Source of the DNA: Octopus sinensis
Taxonomy: Eukaryota
DNA length: 64,000 nt
Assembly: GCF_006345805.1 (NCBI RefSeq)
Contig: NC_042999.1
Location: 160,952,001 to 161,016,000 of the forward strand
Reading direction: 5' to 3'
Positions 11,713-23,950 of this stretch are shown one piece after another (position 1 is the first letter of the stretch; each line of letters begins with the position of its first letter). A model generated the notes under the pieces. The model searched no databases and had not been told where the DNA came from. It was given only the letters and a program-made list of their open reading frames with translations. A program made the translations under genes and the position numbers.

Positions 11713-12439
11713 CAGGAGTTCTCAACTATTTTTTTGCCCATGGACTCCTTTGATTACCATTTTATTCAGGCAGACCCCACTAAGCCAGTTGATGCTTAAA
11801 AATTCCCATTTTGCTTTTCACACATTCACTTTACTCTTTTACTTTAGTCGAGTAAATCGACCCCAGGACTTATTCTTTGTAAGCCCAGTACTTATTCTAT
11901 CGGTCTCTTTTGCCGAACCGCTAAGTGACGGGGACGTAAACACACCAGCATCGGTTGTCAAGCAATGCTAGGGGGACAAACACAGACACACAAACACATA
12001 TACACACATATATATATGTACATATATACGACAGGCTTCTTTCAGTTTCCGTCTACCAAATCCACTCACAAGGCATTGGTCAGCCCGGGGCTATAACAGA
12101 AGACACTTGCCCAAGATGTCACGCAGTGGGACTGAACCCGGAACCATGTGGTTGGTTAGCAAGCTACTTACCACACAGCCACTCCTGCGCCTATGTATAG
12201 GTTTGCAATAGAATTCTCTGTGAGAACATGTTTCACTGGCCAAAAACATGTTGAAATATGCAAAACATGAGAGAAAGAAGCTTGTTGTTTCTTGCAACAA
12301 ATACACCAAAAACAAAATTTTTTCATGGACACATAAAATAATACCGGAGATGTTCAATTTACTATTTTGCTTGCTTGGACCCCAAAAAATCTTATATGGG
12401 ATCATCATGGTTCATATGGCCCCTGGTTGAGAACCACTG
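11713..12439. mobile_element. hAT (Charlie-like) MITE with nested SINE
   Basis: TIRs caggagttctcaac / gttgagaaccactg; degenerate 8-bp flanks atttaaaa / gtttagag. Confidence 0.65.
11829..12192 (-). mobile_element. SINE family A nested in the hAT MITE
   Basis: Matches family A with a deletion near the tail. Confidence 0.92.
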
Positions 12440-12983
12440 GTTTAGAGTGTAGCTTATAATCATTTAAGTGAAACTTATTTTATAAGTTCAACTCATAACC
12501 ATTTATGTACAACCTATGAGCATTTAAATGGAGAAAAGCTGCAAACAATATAAAATATGTGAATTAATTCTACTTATGAAAACACGTCTAACTTTGCCCC
12601 AAATCATTTTAGAGCAAAACTAAATATAAAGTATCTTCTACTTCTTTTAACCAGTTATTCATCTAAATTCAAGAATGGTTCCTACTTATCCATGCTGAAT
12701 AAAATATATACAAAGAAATATTTATAACACTTTGTTAGTCTACACCATATCATATATCCATCGTTCCTAATATATACTCCCCTTTTTATACATCTAACCC
12801 TAGCCACATGCATTTGGTCAGGAAGGTGTAGTGGATATTCAGGCCGCTGCTAAAACCAAAGTTTTCTTACTCTATGAAGTACACAGAAGAAATGTGATAT
12901 TGCACAGAGGTGAGATAAGCCATGGGAGTAGAATATCAGTTGGAGGAAAATAAGCCAAGCAAAATATGTTGGAGGTTTGTTAA

Positions 12984-13135
12984 CATCATCATCATCATCA
13001 TCATTTAACGTCTGTGTTCCATGATGCAAAAGCTGGCCAGGACGAAGCCTGCACCAGACTTCTGTGACTGTTTTGGCAGGATTTTTACAGCTGGATGCCC
13101 TTCCTAACACCAACCATTCAGCAGAGTGGACTTTA
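12984..13135 (-). mobile_element. 3' tail fragment of an RTE-type retroelement, (GAT)n tail
   Basis: catcatcat..tttaacgtc and ggatgcccttcctaacaccaacc shared with 22798-23092 and 26405-26720. Confidence 0.65.
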
Positions 13136-13204
13136 TGCTTTTTATGTTAACAATATGGAAATTAAAATACAAGCAAGAGGAGTGAGCATTAAACATGAAC
13201 CAAA

Positions 13205-13310
13205 TAGTGTAGGAGTTACAGTTGTACTGGTATGGACATGGGATAAAAATACCCCATGGTAAGGTATTAATGGAAATTATCCCTATCAGAGGAAGGCCAA
13301 GCAAAATTTG
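13205..13310 (+). pseudogene. Highly decayed RTE C-terminal remnant
   Basis: LQLYWYGHG..KVL..IRGRPSK resembles the RTE RLxWYGH..RGRP motif. Confidence 0.4.
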
Positions 13311-14100
13311 AAAAGAAGTGGGCCTTGTACAAAATTATAAATGAGTTAAGTGGCAATGGAAGACATATCCAACCCATTTCAACAAGGAAAACTCTTGATG
13401 GTGATTATAAAGCAGTATGTGTATGTATGGTTTGATAAAATTTGTCAAAGATATGTTATCAAAACCCAGAAGAGAGAAACACTTGCAGGCTCATACACAC
13501 ATATACAATTGCTAAGATCTATCTTAGAATTCTGATAAATGAAGTGTTCGTAAATTCTAATAAGAAAATCATCACCTCGTTAATTATTAAGCTATTATAG
13601 ACTTCTTAATATAAATATTTCATTTAATTTTTTTCATCTATTATGATCTTATCCAAATTAAAAGAGAAAAAGGAAATGCCGCTCTTCTTCAAGGACAAAT
13701 ACATGTAAACAAAGGAGGTGTTATTTACTGATAACCTTTCTAAGTCAAGAAAATAATATATTACACTATAACCTAAGACCTCAAAGAGTGTTTATATTTC
13801 TGGAACAATTTAATGGATAGTTAATAAACGGTTTATTTGGTTAAATTTTTTAAAATTGTGATTTAACATGTAGCTATAGAGATGTGTCAGAGGTACTGAT
13901 GAAGAGAGATGTGGACTGTGATTAGAACTGGATATCAGTCATGAAGTCCTGCATTTGATCCAGTGCATAGCACAATGGGCAAGGGTTTTCTGAGAGAACT
14001 TTGGAAAAAACTATCATCATGAAGACCATAGATAATACTAAAGCAGCCTAAAAATTCTGGTAGAAGCAATGGACAGAAACTTGCAATGGCTTCCAGAAAC

Positions 14101-14336
14101 AATACCTATTTCTTTATTACCCACAAGGGGCTAAACACAGAGGGGACAAACAAGGACAGACATAGGTATTAAGTCGATTACATCGACCCCAGTGCGTAAC
14201 TGGTACTTAATTTATCGACCCCGAAAGGATGAAAGGCAAAGTCGACCTCGGTGGAATTTGAACTCACAACGTAACGCAGACGAAATACCGCTAAGCATTT
14301 TGCCCGGCGTGCTAACGTTTCTGCCAGCTTGCCGCC
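14101..14336 (-). mobile_element. tRNA-derived SINE, family C
   Basis: Head ggcggcaagctggcagaaacgttagc...gagttcaaattcc, core gtcgactttgcctttcatcctttcggggtcg; flanked by repeated (cc)agaaaca. Confidence 0.9.
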
Positions 14337-14782
14337 AGAAACAGTACCTGCAGTCGTTGATGACATTGCTGTGTTGGACAACGAAGAAGGAATGCAAAAC
14401 ACTTGGAGAAGTTTATAAAGAGAATCTTATGATGAGAGTTTAGCTATTGAAAAGATGCAGGATTCTGCACAGAAACACATCCAAAAGGAGCCTGAAAAAC
14501 TAGTTATTGATACACTAGAATACTTGAAAGAACTGTCATGAATTTCTCAAGAATGGGTGCAGCAACAGTCCAGTTTACTAAGAATGAGCCTGACTAGTAG
14601 AGCAGTAGCAAAGTATGGAAATGTGTTTTGATCATATCCTGCTACCTTGAACTGTTTCACAAGAGAAAACTCAAGAATATGCAAACAATATTTAATGTAT
14701 GTTTAGAAAAAGCAACCAATATACAAGAAAAAACTAGAATCTGCACCATCTTTCGACACTTAATTCACAAACATACAAATAC

Positions 14783-14816
<34 letters not shown>

Positions 14817-14819
<3 letters not shown>

Positions 14820-15005
14820 GCCATGTTGGATCGTTAGCCCTACACGCAATTTTTTTCTCTCCTTGTTTCTTTTCTGTGTATGTTTCTGTTGAAGAGCGTA
14901 GGCTCGAAACGTAAAAGACTTGTTCTATTTCTATTCCTGAGCGCCATACTAATACATTATTTGTTTGTACTCCACCTGCCTTCGCCTTTTGTTTATTTTC
15001 GTAAA
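14817..15005 (+). mobile_element. ~190-bp repeat (family R2) with variant hammerhead-like motif
   Basis: UUU-CUGUUGA-A-GAGC-GUAG-GCUC-GAAAC-GUA-AAA at 14883-14916; second copy at 54215-54415; downstream ctgagcg..taata motif shared with R1. Confidence 0.6.
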
Positions 15006-15100
15006 TATATATATATTCTGTGGTGCAGTGGTTATAACATCTGCTTAACACTCAGAAGGTTATGAGTTTGAAACTTGCTGGAACCTAAAGTTATCTTTAG

Positions 15101-15223
15101 ATGCAGGCATGGCTGTGTGGTAAGAAGCTTGCTTCCCAACCACATGATTCTGGGTTCAGTCCCACTGCGTGGCACCTTGGGCAAAAAGTCTTCTGCTGTA
15201 GCCTAAGGCTGACCAAAGCCTGT

Positions 15224-15265
<42 letters not shown>

Positions 15266-15407
15266 CTTTGTGTCTGTATTTGTACCCCACCACTTTGGTC
15301 AGATGGGCTATAGCAGAAGACCCTTGCTCACAGGGCCATGCTGTGGGACTGAACCCAAAACCATATGGTTGGGAAGCAAACTTTCAACTACACATCCATG
15401 CCTGCAC
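15101..15407. mobile_element. Two family-A-like SINE heads in inverted arrangement around a (TG)n tract
   Basis: tgcaggcatggctgtgtggt at about 15102 versus actacacatccatgcctgca at about 15388-15407. Confidence 0.7.
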
Positions 15408-15439
15408 GACACAGCTGTACACAGACACTCACGCACGCA

Positions 15440-15780
15440 TCTTTATATATATAAAAGTGAGAACGTGTGTCTGTCTGTCTGTGTGTTTCCCTAAAACTTG
15501 AGAACTACACAACCAATTTCATTCAAATTTTACACATGCCTTACATAGGGTCCGGGGAGTGTCATCGGCAAAAAAAATGTTCAACTTCTTGCCTAGGGCG
15601 AGCCCACAGCAATATCATATCTTCTCCACTATGATTCTCTAAAACTTGAGAACTACACTACCAATTCCATTCAAATTTTACACATGCCTTACTTAGGGTC
15701 CATGTAGTTTTATGGGCAAAAAAAACGTTCAACTTCTTGCCTAGAGCGAGCCCATAGCAATATCATATCCTCTCCGCTAT
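15440..15780 (+). mobile_element. Non-autonomous Helitron-like element (family H2) with internal 148-bp tandem duplication; 3' end not located
   Basis: A|TCTTTATATATATAAAAG 5' end like H1; repeat units begin at 15491 and 15639. Confidence 0.6.
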
Positions 15781-16419
15781 TTAAGTATTACGTGTTAAAA
15801 GTGAAACAAAAAAGTTTCTCTATTTTATGTCAGATACTTTCACTTTAACAATAAAAATAATAATAACAATTGAATTATATGTAGTAAGTAATAATTAAAA
15901 TCAAACTAAAGTATAATATAATCGTAACATAACAAAAGTAAAAATAGCAATTGGTATAAAATTGCATCAATGATTTGAATTTGAATAAGTGGTTTCACAT
16001 GAATGGGAATAAATTAAAAATAAAATTAGCGTGCAAAAATGGAATAGTCCAGATGGATAATGAAAAATTAAATTAAAGAAAAGACTATTGTCTATAAAGT
16101 ATACAATGTAGAGAAAAAAGACTTGAACACATGGAGGAAAGCACCTTCGAAAAGTGTCTTGGTGCGACTATGAAAGGTATCTAATCAGAGGCGGTAAATT
16201 CGCCACAATAGAAGCAAGGTTCGAGTCAATGGAGCGTGCAAGGGAGTACTCGACTCAAACTTGCAAAGTGGAAATATTTTATTTTTACCTTTATATCTAG
16301 GACGTAGGACGTCCCGGAAAAAATTTTTAAATGCCCCCCCCCCCCCCGAAGTGGAGGTAGGATGTGTCATAATTACTAAATAGCAATTGAGACCAACTCC
16401 CAAAAGGAAGGAGAGATAA

Positions 16420-16944
16420 TCTCAAAAATCAAGAATTCCCAGCAGCAGATTTCAATTTTCTTAGGTTCAGTTGAGCTGATGGCTATCTCCAACCAGGAAC
16501 TACATAACTAAACAAGAGAGATATGAAAGGTCTCATTGTCTTTATCATCCAACCAGAAGAAACCACATACTTGATTTAGTTTTTATTCATAATGTTCAAC
16601 CATTTTTGTCCACAACATGATACAGGATATTCTCAACTCTCATGGGATATGCTAATAGCATTGGCTATTTGATTTATAGTCAATCGCCTGCCATCCATCA
16701 CCATGTGGTGAACACGATAAATGACTTCCTTGGTGGTGGCAGTTGCAGGACATCCAGACATTAGGTTATCTCATCTTCAACACTCTCCCTTCCATTCCTA
16801 AATTCAGCTTCCCACTTTTGTACTGTTAACAAAGCTGGAGCATCATCTCCTAATGTAGCAACCCTGTCAACATGAACGCCCTTGGGGGCTACACCAGTTT
16901 TCTGCAGGTACTTGATAGCACACTGATGCCAAATTTTTGTCCAT
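16420..16944 (-). pseudogene. Mariner transposase remnant (N-terminal half)
   Basis: MDK..AIKYLQK..VATLGDDAPALLTVQKWEAEFRNGRESVEDE..SGCPATATT..RVHHMVMDGRRLTINQIANAISISHER, the mariner HTH region. Confidence 0.85.
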
Positions 16945-17074
16945 TTTCAAGAGAGAAGTTGCTATTAGTTAACTTTTGAAGACTTCTTTGAACAGTGAGA
17001 TGTCAGTTTTGCTGGAAAGAAACAATGCAGTTATTAATAAGAAGAGTTGAACTTAAAGCATGCAAGATTTCATA

Positions 17075-17398
17075 GCTTGTCCTGCCGGGTCTTCCCACGC
17101 ACAGCATACTTCCAAAGGTCTCGGTCTCTGGTCATTTCCTCGGTGAGACCTAAAGTTCGAAGGTCGTTCTTCACCACCTCGTCCTGGATTTGCAAATTCC
17201 TTTCCAATAGTCCATAGAGGTCCTCTTTCTCTTGTATTTTTCTTACCAAATTCGTGTCCAAAAGGCAGCTGATTTCTACTCCAGACTATTCTGGCCACTG
17301 CATCATGCTTCATGGGAAGATAATATCTGGGAGACATTCTCTTGCAGTTGGCAATAGTGTGGTTGATGCCTTCAGTCTTGCTCTTGCAAAGCCTGAGT
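17075..17398 (-). mobile_element. Chimeric LINE remnant: R4/Dong-type CCHC+RLE piece joined to an RTE C-terminus
   Basis: LRLCKSKTEGINHTIANC..RYYLPMKHDAVA and EISC..DTN..KIQEKEDLYGLL.RNLQIQ (17188-17398) run into DEVVKNDLRTLGLTEEMTRDRDLWKYAV (17075-17187). Confidence 0.75.
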
Positions 17399-19096
17399 GT
17401 GTGTGTGTGTGACGCGCACATATACTTTACAAGCCATATTGCCAGGCAGGAAGCTCAGAGTACATATGACCGCATCTTGACACTAATGTTATTTTTTTGA
17501 AGTTCAATTTATTATATCATGATGCAGGGTAAAGGAGATAGTACATATAGAAGGTTAGACCAAATTCTAGGTCTCTAAGCACCTAGGTTTATGGCCTACA
17601 TTTTCTTAAAGCTGTAAGTTGATTTCAGTCAACTTTTCGTCTTGACGCTTATTTCTGTAACTATTTTTCATGTAACGAGATCTTATTTAATCAACAGTTC
17701 TTTAAATGACCTCGTTATTCTTAAAGAATATTTATGCGAAAATAGATGGAACCAAAAAAATTTCCATTAGAAATTCGGAAATAAAATACATTTCGATAAA
17801 AAAGAAGACAAAATATGTTGGTTGAAATGTAGAAATAATATCAATCAATAATCCATCGAAAAGATGCTGTGGAGATTATCTGAATTCGTTAATAGACAAG
17901 ATTAATCTACTTCTGTCAACAATGAGAAAAATTAAGAATGATTTTCATTTCTACTTTTTTAATGCTAAATAGAGAGAAAAGGCCAAAGTACAAGTTCTTA
18001 TTGCAGTAATTAATATACAAAGTGATGCTGCATTGATAAACAAGGCTAATAAACTATTAACCTTTTGGATTACTAAGCATTCGATCGGGGTTACTTCTGA
18101 TATAAAATACTAAATCTACTATTTAAAGCCCCACCTCTCTCTCCCTCTTCACTTCTCCTGTCTGTTCCCTGTGTGTGTATGTTCATGTGTCTATGTATAT
18201 ATGGTGCACTGCTGATAGTGATAGTAATTAACTACCGGCTATTGCTTTTTATGTATCACTTAAATTTTGATGTGGGATGGAAAGGAGTTTTTACTTATAC
18301 CTACATCTCTTGTGAAGATTTAATGAAATATGCAAGATTATCTGAATTTTATGGATGGTTGATAAAACGAACTGCTTAATATACGGCGCACTGTTTCGAC
18401 AGACGAATTAGATTTAATGAAATGCATGATATATATATGCTAAACACAAAACAGCATTCACGTTTTCACTGTTGGGAGGTTGACAAAAATGAACTAAAAT
18501 AAAATAAATCAATATCAGAAGAGAATGTAAATAAATCAAAGTGTACTGTAGTGTCTAGCTGCATCACAAATAGCTCTTTTATAATCTATATAAAGAATGA
18601 ACGACGACAATCCTAGTTCATTCTTCTTATCTTCCTTCTATTTTTCTCTCCTTCCAAAGTCGCAAAACATTAAGATAAACAATCAAGAAGCCTTCCTACT
18701 TTCTAAGTACACTTGGAGAGGAAAACGCAATTTAAGATGATGTTTGTTTCGTTGGAAACTTTCTTTGTTCGAAGTAGGCCTAATTCTTATTCACCCAGAC
18801 AAATAGAGAAGTAAACAGAGAAACCGAGCTGGTTGAAGTACTTTCAATAGACGAGCTGAGAGATCTTACATTATCTCTCTTTTGTATTGTAACTACCCAT
18901 TCGCTTTGTTTGTTTTTGTGGTATTTTTTTAATTAACACGTGTGGTCAGTGCTTGAATCAAAGCAATCGGGGTAGCTAGAAGCAATGTTTAATAACATAT
19001 GAGAGAATTTAACGAAATCCTAACTTCCTCAAACATTACTCATTAAGTTGATTTCTCAAGCTGCTAAAATCTTTTCTTCACAATTCTAAGTTACTG

Positions 19097-19180
19097 GGTA
19101 CTTGTCTATTGTCGTGGTCCCGGTTTCGCACACGCGAATTCGCGTGTGCGAAAGCGGGACCACGACAATAGACAAGTACC
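19097..19180. repeat. 84-bp near-perfect palindrome with no spacer
   Basis: 41 of 42 pairs complementary, centred on GAATTC at 19136-19141. Confidence 0.95.
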
Positions 19181-19198
19181 GATATATTTATATATATA

Positions 19199-19653
19199 CT
19201 AGCAGTATCGCCCGGCGTTGCTCGGGTTTGTAAGGGAAATAACTATATAAGCATTTTTAGAGAGTTACTTCCCTTATAAATTCGGGCTTTCTTAGCCATT
19301 TCTGTTTTGGCGACTTCAAGCCATGAAGTCGTTGTTCTAAAAGAACGCTGGTTTCCTTCACAACGCATTACGACGTTGATTTCTTTACACTCCCTTCCCC
19401 ACAGCTTCACGAGGGACGGAAGGGGGAGAAGCAAACAGGTGCACGATGCATTTTATGCATTAAAATGGAATAAAAAATGATGTTAAATTATTTTTAAAAT
19501 CGTAGACTCATCGTTGACGCGCGCTAATAGTCAGACGGGCTCGATATGAATCACGACTATAAGATACCCGAATTTGGTTAAACTGCACCGCAAAATGTGG
19601 GAGGAGTTAGGAATCTAAATCGAAGGGGACAGACACTCACACAACTAGAGTTT

Positions 19654-19660
<7 letters not shown>
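19199..19660 (-). mobile_element. Non-autonomous Helitron H1 with a distinct internal insert
   Basis: A|CTAG at 19199 with hairpin cccggcgttgctcggg; 5' end merges into (TA)n; about 19277-19445 is absent from the other copies. Confidence 0.88.
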
Positions 19661-19733
<73 letters not shown>

Positions 19734-19792
19734 CATATATATATATATATACACACACATATATATATATACACACACACATATATATGTAT

Positions 19793-20188
19793 AGGCGCAG
19801 GAGTGGTTGTGTGGTAAGTAGCTTGCTAACCAACCTCATGGTTCCGGGTTCAGTCCCACTGCGTGGCATCTTGGGCAGGTGTCTTCTGCTATAGCCCCGG
19901 GCCGACCAATGTCTTGTGAGTGGATTTGGTAGACGGAAACTGAAAGAAGCCTGTCGTATATATGTATATATATATATGTATGTGTGTTTGTGTGTCTGTG
20001 TTTGTCCCTCTAGCATTGCTTGACAACCGATGCTGGTGTGTTTACGTCCCCGTCACTTAGCGGTTCGGCAAAAAGAGACTGATAGAATAAGTACTGGGCT
20101 TACAAAGAATAAGTCCCGGGGTCGATTTGCTTGACTAAAGGCGGTGCTCCAGCATGGCCACAGTCAAATGACTGAAACAATAAAGGAG
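19793..20188 (+). mobile_element. SINE family A, full length
   Basis: Head, body and tail match family A. Confidence 0.95.
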
Positions 20189-21084
20189 TATTGAAGTAAA
20201 GGAGCATGCTAATAATAATAAAATTATAATCTAAGCAGTTTTTTTATAAGTGAATATACCAGTATAGTTTTATATAAGCTAAGTATGTATTTATAGAGAT
20301 ACTAAAATTAGATTAATTTCCTAAATAAATAAAGGCTAATTCTAAAATAATTAAGAAATAAAATAAAATAACAAAGTAAGGTAGAACACCATAGAAAAGG
20401 AAATAAAATAGCTTAATTACTAATACTATGGTAAAGTATATGTAGCTTATTAGCACCAATAGAGAAGACTTTAGGAAAAGTATAATAATCAAAATATATT
20501 AGACTAAAAATTATATATTTACTTATTTAGCTAATATCAATAAAAGACTGATGTCTGGTATCAGGTGAAGGAATATTTAAGTTATGGAACAATCCTATTT
20601 TACACTAATGTCTTTTTAAAAACTAAGGGTTATATTATAGGTTTCAGAAGTTATTATTGTTACTCCCTACATGATATTTATAGTTTCTTAGTGGTACTTG
20701 TTTAGAAGGGTTATTTATATAAAGGCCCTTATAAACACTAATATCAGGAGGGTAGAGCCATTTAAGAAAGAGATAAATCAAGTAATTTCTAAAGATCATT
20801 TCAAACAATATTGTCTTATTGTATAAAGTTAGAATTTAGGGTAATCAAGAAGAATGAAATTTTAACGAAAGGATGAAACTTCTTTGAATATTTTGAGTAA
20901 ATACCAAATTTTTATCACAATAGAGGGAGGAAGAGAAAATTGCAAAGAAATGGTTTAATATTTATTTATTTATTACTTATCTAAATATTAACTTATTATA
21001 TGGTTTCTATGGAGATTGATCAAATTGGATTTAACCGGTATTTAATAAGGGAGCATCTGAGGTATTTAATAAAGGAGCATCAAA

Positions 21085-21294
21085 GGCGGCGAGCTAGCAG
21101 AATCGTTAGCACATCGGGCGAAATGCTTGGTGGTATTTTGGCTGCCGTTACGTTGTGAGTTCAAATTCCGCCGAGGTCGACTTTGCCTTTCATCCTTTCG
21201 GGGTCAATAAATTAAGTACCAGTTAAGCACTGGGGTCGATATAATCGACTTAATACCTATGTCTGTCCATGTTTGTCTCCTCTATGTTTAGCCC
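21085..21294 (+). mobile_element. SINE family C
   Basis: ggcggcgagctagcagaatcgttagc head and family C core. Confidence 0.9.
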
Positions 21295-22797
21295 CTCGCT
21301 ATTTCCTCTCTTCCCAGCACTTTTTCACTCACTCTGTTTCCTACCTTCCCATCACTTCGGCATTCTTTTATGTATCTGTCTGCATTCATAGAGAGACAAA
21401 AACCCACTTTGACTAGTCCACTCTCGTTCTTTAATGTATCTGTCTTCCTCAACTCACTCTCGCTATTTCCTCTCTTCCCAACACATTTTCACTCACTCTG
21501 TTTCCTACCTTCCCATCACTTCGGCATTCTTTTATGTATCTGTCTGCATTCATAGAGAGAATTATCATCGCCACCAACCACACACACACGAGCATGAGAA
21601 CAAATATTATGAATCAGATATTTCTTGCGTTCATTTATATGTGTGTGTGTGTGTGTGTTCTATATATAAATATGTATATATAATGTATATATACAAAGTG
21701 TAGATATCTTTATTTATGTATATTAAACTTTTTAATACTTTTTCATAGTTATATATATTTTTAAACAAATTATAAATAATTTAAATTTTTCAATTTTATA
21801 TTTTATATATTTTTTATATTATATTTTTATTTTTATGTTTTTGTTTTTCGTTTTTCACTGTTTGATTTGCCTATTAGTGGTTTTATCTCTAATTTAATTT
21901 ATACATATATATATATAATTTGTATACATTTGTATATATAATGTGTGCACACACACACACACACACACACTCATATATATATATAATGTGTGCATTATGT
22001 GGTCGGTCGGTTCAGCTGAAAATATGCACACCTATGTTAAAAGTGCTGGCAAGTTTGCATGACAACTATTTTTTTCCTCAAATAAAAGGCGTCACCTCTA
22101 GGACAAAATTCCTCATCTTATAAAATGTGGCCCCAGTAGACCTGAATGAAATCGGGTTATATTAACCAAAATGTGAAAAGGGGTCTAAATGGGGCTGGAA
22201 GGGGATTAAAATTTAAAGGAGCGAGTGTTTAGGAATTCTGTTACATCAAGCTAAAAAATTTGCGTCAGCCTTTTAATCGTCAATGTGTTGCCGTCCATGA
22301 TGAAGAAGTTTTGAATGCTTGCCATGGTGAGTCTACTGTTGTGAGAAAGAATCACTTCAAAACTTGGTGTTTACGAATTTTCTTTTACATCAAGTTCAAA
22401 ATTTTACGCCAGCCGTTAAACTGTCAATACGTTGCTGTCCGTCGTTAAGAAATGCCAGCCATGGTGACTCTACTATCCTCAGATTCTATCCCTTCAAACT
22501 TTGGTTTCCAATATTTTATTATTTTTATTTAGCTCGCAAGTTCGTCTGTCCCTTTTAAATGTTAGCGTTTTGCAGTCTGCCTTGAAGCAGACCTTTCCGT
22601 TGCCACTGCCTGATATTTATGATTGATCTTTCTAAATATTTTATTTCTCAACTTACTCAAGATCTTTTGTTGTTTATAAATGGGAGAGAGATAGATAAAG
22701 ATAGAGAGTAAGAGAAAGCGAGGGAGAGTCCGAGAGAAAAGAAAAGTAAGAGAGTGGGGAAAGTGAGAGAGAAAGGAGAGAGAAACAAAGAGGGAGA

Positions 22798-23092
22798 ATC
22801 ATCATCATCATCATCATCGTTTAACGTCTGTTTTCCGTGCTAGCACGGGTTGGACAGTTTGACCGGGGTCTGGGAAGCCAGGAGGCTGCACCAGGCTCCA
22901 GTCTGATCTGGCAGGTGTTGACCTTCTCAACCACTCTGTGAGTGTAGTGGGTGACCTTCCTGCCACTGGCACAGGTGCCAGGGGAGCTTGCAGCTGCCAC
23001 GATCGGTTGGTGCTTTTTACGTGCCACCGGCACAGAAGCCAGTCAAGGCGGCACTGCAATCGGCCACGTTCGGATGGTGCTTTTTACGTGCT
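22798..23092 (-). mobile_element. RTE-type 3' tail element with three ggtggcacgtaaaa-type repeats
   Basis: Reverse complement of 26405-26720; (GAT)n tail. Confidence 0.75.
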
Positions 23093-23127
23093 GAAAGGAA
23101 GCAACAGAAAGTAACAACCACACTCTT

Positions 23128-23175
23128 ACCCGCGCGTAGAGCGGGTCACCTTCAGCTAGTCTCTATATATAAAAC
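23128..23175 (+). mobile_element. Helitron 3' end joined directly to a Helitron-like 5' end
   Basis: Hairpin acccgc-gcgtaga-gcgggt (23128-23146), CTAG at 23156-23159, then TCTCTATATATAAAA. Confidence 0.65.
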
Positions 23176-23309
23176 TGAAATGCGTTTGGACCGTTTGGAT
23201 CGCTTTCAAGGCCACTACATCCCGTCAGATTGACTCCCTATCTAGAAATCCCTATCTTAAAAGGTGTCGATGCTAGGGCCAAAAATCCACTTTGACAAGT
23301 CAATTCTAA

Positions 23310-23669
23310 GATTATTCTATATACCAATGTAAAACTTGCAGTACCAATGTCTATTTCTACATTGGCGCATCCTCTTCCCAGTTATTTAAGACAATTTCCA
23401 ATCATTATTCTTCATTTAGGGATAGCAGTAAACGTTATAGCACAGGGCTAAGTAAATTGGTTTGGTATCTTAAAGTCAACAATAAGGATTTTAAGTTAGA
23501 TTGGTTCATCCTGTCCATCACTTTCCCTTATGACAAGGGCAAAGGATTTTGTAACATTTGCAACTCTGAACTCTTCCATATTCTCTTCTCTAGTAATCAC
23601 CTTGTTAACACACTTATAGAGCAATCTTATAAATGTAAGCACTGGCAGAAGCATACCTTTAACTCATAG
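23310..23669 (+). pseudogene. Penelope-like GIY-YIG endonuclease domain, open for 120 codons including the stop
   Basis: IYQCKTCSTNVYFYIGASSSSQLFKTISNHYSSFR..YSTGLSKLVWYLK..W.IL..PY..CNICNSE..KCKH, the PLE endonuclease pattern. Confidence 0.88.
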
Positions 23670-23950
23670 AAGTGATTTTTACCAGTCTGTATAGTTTGAA
23701 CATTTAGTTCACCTTGCACTTTACTTCAATAGGGAAATCTACTTCCAAGTTTTTGAACATTTTTTCAACCAATATATCCCTCTTTATTTGTTCTCTACTT
23801 ATTATTTCTTTATCCCTTCTCTTCCTATGGTCTGTCTTTGATGTTGGATCTACTAACGGTTTTTTAAAAGATACTTAATAGCATTCTGTTTATCATTTAT
23901 GCAGTCATGAAAATTGTTATAATGTCTTGTTGTTGAGATAGGTTCTCTTT

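Noticed and set aside
20190-21050. AT-rich stretch with a faint minus-strand PLE-like WLNP motif
   Set aside because: Too degenerate to support by eye; needs a profile search.
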